From: Candidatus Falkowbacteria bacterium
Lineage (GTDB): Bacteria; Patescibacteriota; Patescibacteriia; UBA11705; JABHMO01
Assembly: GCA_016214755.1 (NCBI GenBank)
Contig: JACRNX010000070.1
Span: 1-32,476 of the forward strand
Length of the DNA stretch: 32,476 nt
Direction: 5' to 3'
The notes under the pieces were generated by a model. That model saw nothing but the letters and a program-made list of their open reading frames with translations. It made no database searches and had not been told where the DNA came from. Shown here piece by piece: positions 16,839-25,610 of this stretch (its first letter is position 1; each line of letters starts with the position of its first letter). The translations under genes and the position numbers were made by a program.

Positions 16839-18332
16839 TTATCTTCCACCGCAACCGCATTTTCCGTTTACGCCGCAGCTTCCACCGGATGTTTCCGCGC
16901 CGGAGGCAGTAAATGAATTGCCATTGCTTTCTGAAAAATCGTCTTCAATCGCTGATTTATCGCCGCTGACAACTTCGATAATTCCGGATATCATTCCCAT
17001 CCAGCAGCTAAATTTGTATTTGCCTGGTTTTTTAGGAGTAAACTCCTTGACGCTGATTTGGCCGGGAGTCAAGGAGATTTCTCCTTCAAATAAATTCTTT
17101 GAGATAATGGCATTGGTGCAGCCGCTGGTACCTTTGTCGGTAACAATCCAACGCACCGGCACATTGGTTCTGACTTTAAAATAGTTTGGTGAATATCCAG
17201 AAGACGAGGCATTCATTTTTATAGTTTGTTTTCCGTTTACAATCAGCGGCAATCCGTTAGAATTGGCGTTGTCTGTCGTCTCGGCCGTTGCTTTTATATT
17301 AAAATTGCTGAAGCTGGGCAGTCCCAAAACATTCATTTGGAAATTGATGTTATAAAGCGCGAAAAACAAAACTACCATTCCCGCCACTTTCAAAAATTTG
17401 TCAGCCAGATGCGGCTTCTGGGAAAATTTGACGCCGGAGAGCCCAATGGTTAAAAGCATCGGCAGAGTGCCTAAAGCGAAAAAGAGCATAATTAATCCGC
17501 CTTGAATCGCGCTGCCGGATATTAAAGCGAGCCCTTGGGCAGTGATCGTAAAACCGCAAGGAAGGAAAAAAGTAAACGCGCCCAGCAAGGACGGCATATA
17601 GCGGCCCTTGAAATTAGATTCGTCGGCGATATGTCTGGTAATAAATTTTGGCATGGTGAATTGGAATCTTTTAAACGCTTTAACGCCGAGCATTTGAAGA
17701 GCAAGAAAAATCATCAACGCGGAGACAGCGATGATAAAAATAGGGCCTAATTTCAAAGAAAGATTGAATATGCCGCCAATCGCGCCGAGGATTGTCCCGA
17801 AAATTCCGTATGAAATGATTCTGGCGGCATTAAATATCAAGTGTGGTTGAATTTTTTTTGAAGCTGACGCCGCACTGGGATATAAGTCATTCCATTGTTT
17901 TGACATTGAAAGGATAATGCCGCCAACTAAAGCCGCGCAACTAGAAATGCCGGCGATGAGTCCGAGGACGAAAAACATCGGAAGAGATGATTTTTCATTG
18001 ACGTTTACTAGTCCCGACACGCCCAATTTGTTTAATCCGATAAAGCCGGCGATAATTAATAATCCAATAAATATGGCGCCAAGGAAACGCAAAGGATTAA
18101 AGATGTCTGGTGTTTCAGGGGGGTTGTCGAAAAAAATGTATCCTTCATTTCTAAAGAGTTTGTTTAATTTCTCAAGGCTGGGTTTTTCGCCGAGATATTC
18201 AATCAGCGCGCAGCCCCTTGCTGTTGAGGCCTCGACTGATTTGATGTCGCCCAGTTCGAGCAATTTTTTTTCAATGATGATTTCGCAGGAAGCGCAATGC
18301 ATTCCTTTAATATAATAGATGTGTTCTTTCAT
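16839..18332 (-). CDS. HMA-domain membrane protein with permease core (DsbD_2/TauE-like), cupredoxin-like domain and Cys-rich C-terminus
   Basis: N-terminal [13 protein letters not shown] fold. About 8 TM helices with SSCAAL and FFLPCGFT motifs. Soluble domain ending GKYKFSCWMGMISGIIEV (cupredoxin-like C..M ligands). Tail SCGVNGKCGCGG. Lies between csoR and copA. Confidence 0.6.
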   Translation of the reverse strand: MKEHIYYIKGMHCASCEIIIEKKLLELGDIKSVEASTARGCALIEYLGEKPSLEKLNKLFRNEGYIFFDNPPETPDIFNPLRFLGAIFIGLLIIAGFIGLNKLGVSGLVNVNEKSSLPMFFVLGLIAGISSCAALVGGIILSMSKQWNDLYPSAASASKKIQPHLIFNAARIISYGIFGTILGAIGGIFNLSLKLGPIFIIAVSALMIFLALQMLGVKAFKRFQFTMPKFITRHIADESNFKGRYMPSLLGAFTFFLPCGFTITAQGLALISGSAIQGGLIMLFFALGTLPMLLTIGLSGVKFSQKPHLADKFLKVAGMVVLFFALYNINFQMNVLGLPSFSNFNIKATAETTDNANSNGLPLIVNGKQTIKMNASSSGYSPNYFKVRTNVPVRWIVTDKGTSGCTNAIISKNLFEGEISLTPGQISVKEFTPKKPGKYKFSCWMGMISGIIEVVSGDKSAIEDDFSESNGNSFTASGAETSGGSCGVNGKCGCGGR

Positions 18333-18358
18333 ATTTCGTGTTTTGTTAATTTTTTCAG

Positions 18359-18631
18359 TTACTTGTTAGATAGTTTCGTGACCCTTAGAATTTCTTGGGT
18401 CATCTCCTGTTTTCTTTTTTCATTTTTTGTCGCCATCGCTTTCTTGAAACAAGTATTGAGATGGTTTTCCATCAGCATTTGATGAGCGGATTTCAAGAGC
18501 CCGAGCGCGGCCAAATTTTGCTGCATTATTTCAATGCAGTATTGATTGGCTTCGACCATTTCGATAATTTTAGAAATTAGGCTTTGGGCTTTCTTAAAAT
18601 TGACAAGAGCTTTTTCTTTTTGGGTAGTCAT
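18359..18631 (-). CDS. csoR: CsoR/RcnR-family metal-sensing transcriptional repressor
   Basis: Family hallmark …MVEANQYCIEIMQQNLAALGLLKSAHQMLMENHLNTCF (Cys-His-Cys ligand pattern). Confidence 0.85.
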   Translation of the reverse strand: MTTQKEKALVNFKKAQSLISKIIEMVEANQYCIEIMQQNLAALGLLKSAHQMLMENHLNTCFKKAMATKNEKRKQEMTQEILRVTKLSNK

Positions 18632-18659
18632 ATTTTTAAGTTATTAATAAGCGTGCCCG

Positions 18660-18690
18660 ACCTATACCATAGGTACGGGTATATTGTAGC
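18660..18690 (-). promoter_or_regulatory. Putative CsoR operator/promoter region upstream of csoR
   Basis: Overlapping palindromes ATACCatagGTACgGGTAT and TACCataGGTA at 18664-18682. The minus strand has TATTAAT between this site and the start codon. Confidence 0.4.
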
Positions 18691-18844
18691 AAACGGAAAA
18701 TTCTTGTCAATAACAAGTTGGCCGTTAATTGAGGATAAGTCAGTCGGCAATCGCTGTCGGAATATGACAGAATAAGACAGAATAGGTGGCGATGTTTAAA
18801 ATAAAAAAGAAACGAGCTTAAGTTCGCCCTAAAAGCGCGTTGAT

Positions 18845-20545
18845 TTACATCTCTTCAATCGTTTCAATGCCTAAAAGATAAAGCGCGTTTTTGAGCGTTT
18901 GCCGGAAAGCGTTCGTCAGATTCAGCCGCAGGGACTCGTTATCCGAGCCGATGACAGGGCATTGGTGATAGAATGCGTTGAAAATTTGAGCCAAATCAAA
19001 AACATAATTGGCGATTGGCGCAGAATTGTATTCTCTGGCGCCGGCCAGAACGGTCTGCGGCAGTTCGCTGATTTTATTGATTAAATTCCGTTCTTCTTGA
19101 TTAACCGAGAAAATTTTCAGCACCGCGATTCGTCTATTACTTTTTTTTATTATCGAACCAGCGCGGGCATAGGCGTATAAAATGTAGGGGCCGGTATTGC
19201 CGTCAAAGCTGATTGATTCTTTCGGATTGAAAGTGATTGTTTTTCCAACATCAGGCCGCAGAAAATGATATTTAATGGCCGCCAGCGCGATTTTCAGGCC
19301 CCGAGATTTTAATTCTTTTGTCGGCAAGTGATAGCGTTTGGTCAATTCCTTTTCCGCCAACTGCCTCACTTCCTCGATTAAATCATCCGCGTCCACCACT
19401 GTTCCTTCGCGCGATTTCATTCTTCCTTCGGGCAACATGACCATGCCGTAAGAAAGATGTTTTAGGTTCTTGGCGAATTTAAAGCCGAGTTTTCGCAAAA
19501 TTAAAAATAGGACTTTGAAATGATATTCCTGCTCGCTGCCAACGACGTAAATTGAGCCGTCCAGATTGAATTTGTCGTTTTTTAATTTCGCCAGATAAAG
19601 GTCTTGGGTGATGTAAACCGCCGTGCCGTCCGCGCGAAGCAGGATTTTTTCGTCCAGTCCGTCTTTGGTTAAGTCAATAAGTATCGCGCCGTCCGCGCGT
19701 TTTTGGAATACGCCTTTTTTAAGTCCGTCATTAACGATATTTCTGCCTTTGTCGTATAAAGAGCTTTCAAAATAAGTGATGTCGTGTTTAATGCCAAACG
19801 TTTTGTATGTTTCTTTAAAGCCGTCAATCGCCCAAGCGGTCATTTTTTTCCACAAAGCGATTGTTTTTTTGTCGCCATTTTCCCATTTAACTAATAAGGC
19901 CTGTGTTTCGTCCTGCAGTTTTGAATTTTTTTCCAGTTCTTTCGCGAAACGTACGTAATAATCGCCGACAAAATGGTCGGTTTTTTTATCCGGTTTTTTG
20001 TTCCGGCCGAATTTTTGATAGGCGAGCATTGATTTGCAGATATGGACGCCGCGGTCGTTGTTCAAATTAGCGCGAATGACTTTGTTGTCAGTTGCTTCCA
20101 ATAAACGAGCGACTGATTCGCCGATGGCCATGTTCCGCAGATGGCCGAGGTGGAGAGGCTTATTGGTGTTCGGCGACGGGAATTCAATCATTACGCGGCC
20201 GATTTTATTTTGTCCGCGGCCGTATTTTTGTTTTTCTTTGAGCACCTGTTTTATTGTTTCCGCGGCTAAGCGCGTTTTTTCAATAAAAAAATTCAGATAA
20301 GGGCCGCTGGCGTCAATTTTGTCGAAGTTTTTCGTTTTTCGTATCGCGTCCCGCAGTAATTTCGCGATGTCCGTCGGATTCTTTTTGAATGATTTTGCCA
20401 ATGAAAAACAGGGGAACGCGAAATCGCCGAGTGCTGGCGCCGGCGGCGGTTTGAGTTCCGCCTCTATTTTTGTTTTGTCGGTTTTGACTTTAAATTGCTT
20501 CAACGTTTCTTTAATCGCTTCGGCAATTTCTTTTTTGAATTGCAT
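18845..20545 (-). CDS. argS: Arginine--tRNA ligase
   Basis: Class I HIGH motif (PNTNKPLHLGHLRN), Arg-tRNA synthetase N-domain and DALR anticodon-binding C-terminus. 566 aa. Confidence 0.9.
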   Translation of the reverse strand: MQFKKEIAEAIKETLKQFKVKTDKTKIEAELKPPPAPALGDFAFPCFSLAKSFKKNPTDIAKLLRDAIRKTKNFDKIDASGPYLNFFIEKTRLAAETIKQVLKEKQKYGRGQNKIGRVMIEFPSPNTNKPLHLGHLRNMAIGESVARLLEATDNKVIRANLNNDRGVHICKSMLAYQKFGRNKKPDKKTDHFVGDYYVRFAKELEKNSKLQDETQALLVKWENGDKKTIALWKKMTAWAIDGFKETYKTFGIKHDITYFESSLYDKGRNIVNDGLKKGVFQKRADGAILIDLTKDGLDEKILLRADGTAVYITQDLYLAKLKNDKFNLDGSIYVVGSEQEYHFKVLFLILRKLGFKFAKNLKHLSYGMVMLPEGRMKSREGTVVDADDLIEEVRQLAEKELTKRYHLPTKELKSRGLKIALAAIKYHFLRPDVGKTITFNPKESISFDGNTGPYILYAYARAGSIIKKSNRRIAVLKIFSVNQEERNLINKISELPQTVLAGAREYNSAPIANYVFDLAQIFNAFYHQCPVIGSDNESLRLNLTNAFRQTLKNALYLLGIETIEEM

Positions 20546-20553
20546 ATTAAAAA

Positions 20554-20686
20554 GGTTGTAGGTGGTAGGGGGTAGTGAGTAGTTTTATAGAGACGACAAA
20601 AAGTGGAACTGTGAAGTGAGCTGGCTTGGAAGGGTTACTTTTTACGTCAAAAAATCTCTACAACCTACTCACTACAACCTACAACC
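20554..20686. repeat. Long imperfect inverted repeat (about 30-nt arms around a 73-nt spacer) between the ABC permease gene and argS
   Basis: Arm 20554-20582 ggttgtaggtggtagggggtagtgagtag versus arm 20656-20686 ctctacaacctactcactacaacctacaacc. T-runs follow on both strands. Confidence 0.5.
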
Positions 20687-20779
20687 TGTTTCGTTTTTTC
20701 GTATGTTGTTAATCCGTATATCCGAACATAATCCGTAATCCGTACCTTTATTTTATCATTCTTCCATTTATTTTTAAAC

Positions 20780-22024
20780 TCATTCATACCTCAACGCTTC
20801 GATCGGGCTTTTTTTCGCCGCTTGATTGGCGGGATACAAACCGAAGACGAGGCCGATCAAACCGGAGACAACAATGCCGAGAACAGCGGCGAGAATTGGA
20901 AATTGGAACGCCCAGTTGAGTTCATACGCTCTGCTTAACGCGAATGAAAACAGAAGTGATAAACCGCTGCCGAGGATGATGCTGATTATTCCGCCGGCGA
21001 CAGTAAGCAATGTCGCTTCGGTTAAAAATTGCAATTGAATGTCGCGATTGGTGGCGCCGATCGCTTTGCGCAGTCCGATTTCCCGCGTGCGTTCGGTGAC
21101 AGAAACGAGCATGATGTTCATCACGCCGATGCCGCCGACCACGAGCGAGATGGCGACGACAAAAGAAAGGAAAGCGGTAAAAACATTGATGATGACGCGG
21201 ACTTGCTGAACTAATCCCTGCTGGGTTTGCACGTTGAAATCGTCTTTCTCCGGGTCAGTGATATTATGCAATTCGCGGAGAGTTCGTTTGATGTCCTCCA
21301 CTGTTTGATTGACGACCGCCGGGCTTTTGGCGCGCGCGGTTAATTGATGAAAATAATCTTTGCCGGATAAGTACGTTTGGGCGGTGGTGTGCGGCAGAAG
21401 AATCAAATCATCAACATTGAAAAAAACAACTTGGCCGCGCGGCGCGTAAACGCCGATGACGCGGAATTTTATATTTTTGATTTGGATATTTTTTCCGAGA
21501 GGAGACTCGTCGCCGAATAATTCGTCTTTTACCTTTGAGCCAATGATTGCCACTTTGGCTTTGCTTTTTAAATCATTTTCATCAAAAAGCGTTCCGTCGG
21601 CCAATTTTAATTTCAGGGCGTCGGTCATGAAGTCAGCCTCAAAGCCGATGATCGTCGGCTTGTACGTTTCATCGCCGTAAGAGACGCTGCCCGGAACGTA
21701 AACCTCGGGCGCGGCGTCAATAAGATCAGGAACATTTGATTTTTTTAGGATTGCTTCGAGCTCTCGCTGTTTTAAAGAATCGGAAAACAGCGTTTCCGCG
21801 AAATCAGTCGGTCCTTTCGGTTCTTTGCCCGGCCGAATGACAATGGTTTCCGCGCCCAGTCCGCCGAGTTCTCCCACGATTAAACCTTCCGCGCCGCTGC
21901 CGATAGCCATAATTAAAATGATGGCCGTAATACCGATGACAATGCCAAGAATCGTCAAAAATGAGCGGCGTTTATTGGCGCGCAGTCCGGTTAAGGCGAT
22001 ATTAAAAGTGTGTTTGAGTTTCAT
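20780..22024 (-). CDS. ABC transporter permease, FtsX/MacB-like
   Basis: MacB periplasmic domain plus C-terminal FtsX 4-TM bundle (…TREIGLRKAIGAT…). Start set to the internal Met (MKLKHTFNIAL…) because the longer track ORF reads through the palindromic element. Confidence 0.75.
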   Translation of the reverse strand: MKLKHTFNIALTGLRANKRRSFLTILGIVIGITAIILIMAIGSGAEGLIVGELGGLGAETIVIRPGKEPKGPTDFAETLFSDSLKQRELEAILKKSNVPDLIDAAPEVYVPGSVSYGDETYKPTIIGFEADFMTDALKLKLADGTLFDENDLKSKAKVAIIGSKVKDELFGDESPLGKNIQIKNIKFRVIGVYAPRGQVVFFNVDDLILLPHTTAQTYLSGKDYFHQLTARAKSPAVVNQTVEDIKRTLRELHNITDPEKDDFNVQTQQGLVQQVRVIINVFTAFLSFVVAISLVVGGIGVMNIMLVSVTERTREIGLRKAIGATNRDIQLQFLTEATLLTVAGGIISIILGSGLSLLFSFALSRAYELNWAFQFPILAAVLGIVVSGLIGLVFGLYPANQAAKKSPIEALRYE

Positions 22025-22094
22025 AGACTGTCTTGATGTTTTTAAGGCGATTTTCTCCGAAGGGTGACTTTCAATTTGGCAGTTGGAGGGCGAA

Positions 22095-22205
22095 GCAGCA
22101 CCGTCATTGCGAGGAGTCAGACGACGAAGCAATCTCGAGACTATAGGCGCTGGGATTGCTTCGTCGCCCCGACGTACGTCGGAGCTCCTCGCAATGACAA
22201 AGGAG
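22095..22205. repeat. Compound nested palindromic element (REP/MITE-like) at ATPase-permease junction
   Basis: Outer stem gtcattgcgaggag/ctcctcgcaatgac. Inner stem gacgaagcaatc/gattgcttcgtc. Innermost ccgacg-ta-cgtcgg. Overlaps the last about 20 codons of the ATPase ORF. Confidence 0.65.
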
Positions 22206-22896
22206 CAGGCGGTTCTGTTTTTTTGTCTTCAATTAGCTCCCCGTCGCGTAAAAATAAAACGCGGCGCGCGTGTTCGGCCATCTGGCGGTCGTGGGTGATT
22301 AAAATTATCGTGTGCCCATGCTTTTCGTTCAGTTCCCGCAAAATGTTCATGATTTGTCCGCCTGATTTTGAATCAAGATTGCCGGTCGGCTCGTCAGCGA
22401 AGATTACCTCTGGATTGTTGACTAGGGCGCGGGCGATCGCCACCCGTTGTTTTTCGCCGCCAGAGAGTTGGGACGATTCGTGCCCCGCGCGGTGTTCCAG
22501 TCCGACGTTTTTAATCGCGTTTCGCGTTATTTCATCAACCGAAGAATCGTCAATGTTTGAATAGATGAGCGGCAGTTTCACGTTGTCGAAAACCGTTGTC
22601 CGCGCCAGCAAATTAAACGCTTGAAAAACAAAGCCCATTTTTTTGTTGCGTAGATGAGCCAATTCATCCTCCGCGTAATCGCCGTAAGTTTTTCCTTGAA
22701 ATTTGTAAACGCCGGCGGTCTGTTTTTCCAAAAATCCGAGGATATGCAAAAGCGTTGATTTGCCGGAGCCAGACGGCCCCATAATGGCCACAAATTCTCC
22801 TTTCTCGATGTTAAACGAAACGCCAGCGAGCGCTCGCGTTTCACTGCTGTCGAGCTGATAAATTTTTGTCAGATTAGAGACCTCAATCAGCGCCAT
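22141..22896 (-). CDS. ABC transporter ATP-binding protein (MacB/LolD-like)
   Basis: Walker A GPSGSGKST, Q-loop, signature LSGGEKQR, Walker B IIFADEPTGNLD, H-loop. The C-terminal tail is encoded by the palindromic element. Confidence 0.9.
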   Translation of the reverse strand: MALIEVSNLTKIYQLDSSETRALAGVSFNIEKGEFVAIMGPSGSGKSTLLHILGFLEKQTAGVYKFQGKTYGDYAEDELAHLRNKKMGFVFQAFNLLARTTVFDNVKLPLIYSNIDDSSVDEITRNAIKNVGLEHRAGHESSQLSGGEKQRVAIARALVNNPEVIFADEPTGNLDSKSGGQIMNILRELNEKHGHTIILITHDRQMAEHARRVLFLRDGELIEDKKTEPPAPLSLRGAPTYVGATKQSQRL

Positions 22897-22917
22897 ATTG
22901 CGTCATTTAATATTGTG

Positions 22918-24654
22918 TCATTTATTGATGACGACTACTTGATCGCCTTCTATCAGCCCTTCTGTTATTTCAACATTGCCATTGCCGTCGCGCTCGCCGG
23001 TTTTAATTTTGACCTTTTCTCCCGTTCCATCTTTTTGAATGACAAGCGCGTATTTATCGCCGTTCGTTGAATGAACCGCGCGCGACGGCAGAGATAAAAT
23101 ATTTTCTTTTCGTCCGGTGATTATCGTGATGTTGGCGCTCATCCCGCTTTTAACGCCGGGCGCGTCTTTTTGCAGTTCGAGCGTGACTTTATAGGTCGGC
23201 ACACCCTCGATGATTTTTTCCGCTGGATCGATTTTTATCACTACGGCGCTGAATTTTGTTTCATCGCCAAAAGCGTCCAGTGTAATTTCCGCTTCATCGT
23301 TAACTTTAATTTTCGCGATGTCAATTTCCGGCACATTGGTTTCAATTTGAAATTTAGCCGCGGAAATAATTTTCATGGCCGGCTTGTCGAGCGAAGAAAT
23401 TTCTCCGACTTTAACATTAACTTCAGCGATGGTGCCGTTTATCGGCGAACGGATAACTGTTTTTCCCAATTGGGCCAGAATATTAGCGACGTTCGCTTCC
23501 GCGTATTTGATTTGAGCTTGTTGTCCGGCAAGATTGGCTTCCGCTTGTTTGACTTGCGCCGCCTGGCCGGCAATCTGCTCCGCGGTATAGCCGGACTTTT
23601 TAATCGCCAGCTGGTCTTTCGCGGTCAACAGATTGTTTTTCGCGGTGGTCACGCTGATTTTCGCGGCCGTCGCGTTGTTTTCGTTCGTCAATTTTTGAAT
23701 GGCAATCGCCTGTTCCTTGCTGTTGATTGTCGTTGCCGCTGAATCAATGTTCGTTTTTTCGATATTGAGCAAAGTGATGTCCGCGGCTGAAACATTGGCA
23801 ATCGGAATCGCGGTTAAAGTGTTTCTAATGATTTGCAATCTTGATTTTAATTGGAACAAAGCATTGGCGATGTCCGCGCCTTTCTGCGTCAATTGCGCCT
23901 GCGCTACTATTGCTTTCGTCCCGCCGCTCAGTTTGTTTAAATCATCTTTATTATAACGGCCGGCGTTCGGCTCGCCCAATAAACTTAAAACCACGCTGGC
24001 TTTTTTGTTGGCGACGAGATTGGAGTCTGTATCCGTGCCATTGTAGTATTTTGTTTGAATATCCGTGATTGTAAGCAAGCTGGTTTCGGCCGTGGTTTCA
24101 GCGGAAAGAGCGCTGGTGAGCGCGCTGGAATAATCGTCATCCAAATCAGCGAGCGCTTTTTGTTCAACTTCGTTCAAATTTTTTTCCGCGTCCGCCAATG
24201 ACTTCTCCGCGTTCGCTACCCCAGTTTGCGCTAGTTGGACTTCCTCTAACTTGGTGCCTTTTTGGTATTCGATTAACTTGGCGTTTTCCTTGTCGAGGCC
24301 GGCTTGATATTGAAGCAGTCCGGACTTGGCGCTTTCAACGCTCGCTTGCGCTTGTTTCAGTTGCGCCGCCAAATCCGCGTTTGACAAAATAACCAGTATT
24401 TCGTGCGCTTTGATTTGTTGGCCGACGACGCCAGAAACAACCGCGACTTTGCCGGCTTTTTCAAAAGACAGCGACACTTCTTCGGCTGGTTTAATGTTGC
24501 CGGTAACATTCACTTCTTGGATTAAGTCCATTTTTGTCACGGTGACAATTTCCCGCTGGTTTTTCGCGTCATTTGTCGAACTGAAAATAGCGATGATAAT
24601 GATAATCGCGGCCAGACCGAGAGTCAGATAAATTATTCTTTTTTTTGTGAGCAT
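22918..24654 (-). CDS. HlyD-family membrane fusion/periplasmic adaptor protein with long coiled-coil
   Basis: N-terminal TM anchor, lipoyl/beta-barrel segments and about 300 aa of coiled coil. Precedes the ABC ATPase and permease (MacA-like). Alternative TTG start at 24678. Confidence 0.75.
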   Translation of the reverse strand: MLTKKRIIYLTLGLAAIIIIIAIFSSTNDAKNQREIVTVTKMDLIQEVNVTGNIKPAEEVSLSFEKAGKVAVVSGVVGQQIKAHEILVILSNADLAAQLKQAQASVESAKSGLLQYQAGLDKENAKLIEYQKGTKLEEVQLAQTGVANAEKSLADAEKNLNEVEQKALADLDDDYSSALTSALSAETTAETSLLTITDIQTKYYNGTDTDSNLVANKKASVVLSLLGEPNAGRYNKDDLNKLSGGTKAIVAQAQLTQKGADIANALFQLKSRLQIIRNTLTAIPIANVSAADITLLNIEKTNIDSAATTINSKEQAIAIQKLTNENNATAAKISVTTAKNNLLTAKDQLAIKKSGYTAEQIAGQAAQVKQAEANLAGQQAQIKYAEANVANILAQLGKTVIRSPINGTIAEVNVKVGEISSLDKPAMKIISAAKFQIETNVPEIDIAKIKVNDEAEITLDAFGDETKFSAVVIKIDPAEKIIEGVPTYKVTLELQKDAPGVKSGMSANITIITGRKENILSLPSRAVHSTNGDKYALVIQKDGTGEKVKIKTGERDGNGNVEITEGLIEGDQVVVINK

Positions 24655-24680
24655 AGGGTTAGTCAAATTGAAAAACAAAG

Positions 24681-24696
24681 GATGCCGTTAGGCATC
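24681..24696 (-). terminator. Hairpin terminator after rpmB (minus strand)
   Basis: gatgcc-gtta-ggcatc stem-loop followed on the minus strand by ctttgttttt. Confidence 0.45.
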
Positions 24697-24701
24697 TTTG
24701 T

Positions 24702-24872
24702 TTACGCCTTAGTTAGGGTTTTAAGGCATTTGGTGCAGATTAATGTTCGCTTGCCATTGATTTTTCTGCCTTGCAGATTCGGGCGTTGCCGCCTTTTTAC
24801 CGCAATGTTGGAATGACTTCGGAAGATTTTAATCGTCGGCCCGCGGCCGCACTTTTCGCAAATTTTTGACAT
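24702..24872 (-). CDS. rpmB: 50S ribosomal protein L28 (bL28)
   Basis: 56-aa ORF missed by the 60-aa cutoff: MSKICEKCGRGPTIKIFRSHSNIAVKRRQRPNLQGRKINGKRTLICTKCLKTLTKA. Pattern M.K.C..CGK…SHS…KR…PNLQ… typical of L28. Confidence 0.7.
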   Translation of the reverse strand: MSKICEKCGRGPTIKIFRSHSNIAVKRRQRPNLQGRKINGKRTLICTKCLKTLTKA

Positions 24873-24904
24873 AGTAAATAGATAATAAATAAAAAATTGC
24901 TACA

Positions 24905-25180
24905 AATTACCCTTCGACCCTTCGACAAGCTCAGGGCTCAGGGCAAGCTTATCACTACGAATGTTACAAATAAAAACTCTAACTATCTATCTCGAAAAAT
25001 CCGTACCAGAGTGTCATGGTGAGGCATGTGCTGAGTTTATCGAAGCGCTCTCAAACCACGACACTGGCACCCTTCGAGGGCCTCAGGGTGACAGAAAGAA
25101 CGCAATTGTCATCCTGAGGAATGTCACCCTGAGCTTGTCGAAGAGTGCGAGTCCCCGACGTAAAGTCGGGACGAGCCGCG
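24905..25180. repeat. Complex repeat region: tandem 8-mers, nested palindromes and long-range inverted repeats
   Basis: cccttcga x2 and gctcaggg x2. cttcgacaagctcaggg (about 24921) pairs with ccctgagcttgtcgaag (about 25122). cctcagggtgaca…tgtcatcctgagg palindrome. gtccccgacgtaaagtcgggac hairpin (25151-25172). Confidence 0.6.
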
Positions 25181-25325
25181 AAGGACGTAATCCGTATTTT
25201 CACATTGGATTTATTCTACCACGCGTGATATAATATTTCAAGTGTCCGTTGCCTCAACCGCATATTTGCGAAAACATTTTGTAATGACGAGTTAGGCGCC
25301 GCAGCCTCTATGGTAAAATACAACT

Positions 25326-25610
25326 ATGAAACTTAATGATGAACAGCAAAAAAAACTTATAGAAAAACTCAATGAAGTTTGGCAACAGCCAAAGATTTGT
25401 TCAGTTTGTGGACATAATCAGTGGGATGTTTCTGATAGAATCTTTGAGTTACGCGAATTTCATGGAGGGGGCATGGTAATTGGCGGGCAGTCGAGTATTA
25501 CTCCAATTGTCCATGCAACCTGCAAAAATTGCAGTCACACATTATTTTTCAATGCCCTTAAAATAGGCTTAATTGATAAAGATGTCAATTCCACCAGCAA
25601 AACAGAGTGA
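25326..25610 (+). CDS. Hypothetical zinc-ribbon protein (CxxC…CxxC)
   Basis: 94-aa ORF with CSVCGH…CKNCSH. AT-rich island. Confidence 0.5.
   Translation: MKLNDEQQKKLIEKLNEVWQQPKICSVCGHNQWDVSDRIFELREFHGGGMVIGGQSSITPIVHATCKNCSHTLFFNALKIGLIDKDVNSTSKTE

Noticed and set aside
20546-20700. T-box riboswitch upstream of argS
   Set aside because: No recognisable T-box consensus (AATTAGGGTGGTACCGCG-like) or specifier-loop context. Only a generic long inverted repeat is present.
24961-25233. 90-aa ORF inside the repeat region
   Set aside because: It is composed almost entirely of palindromic repeat sequence. It has no SD and a low-complexity translation, so it is likely non-coding.
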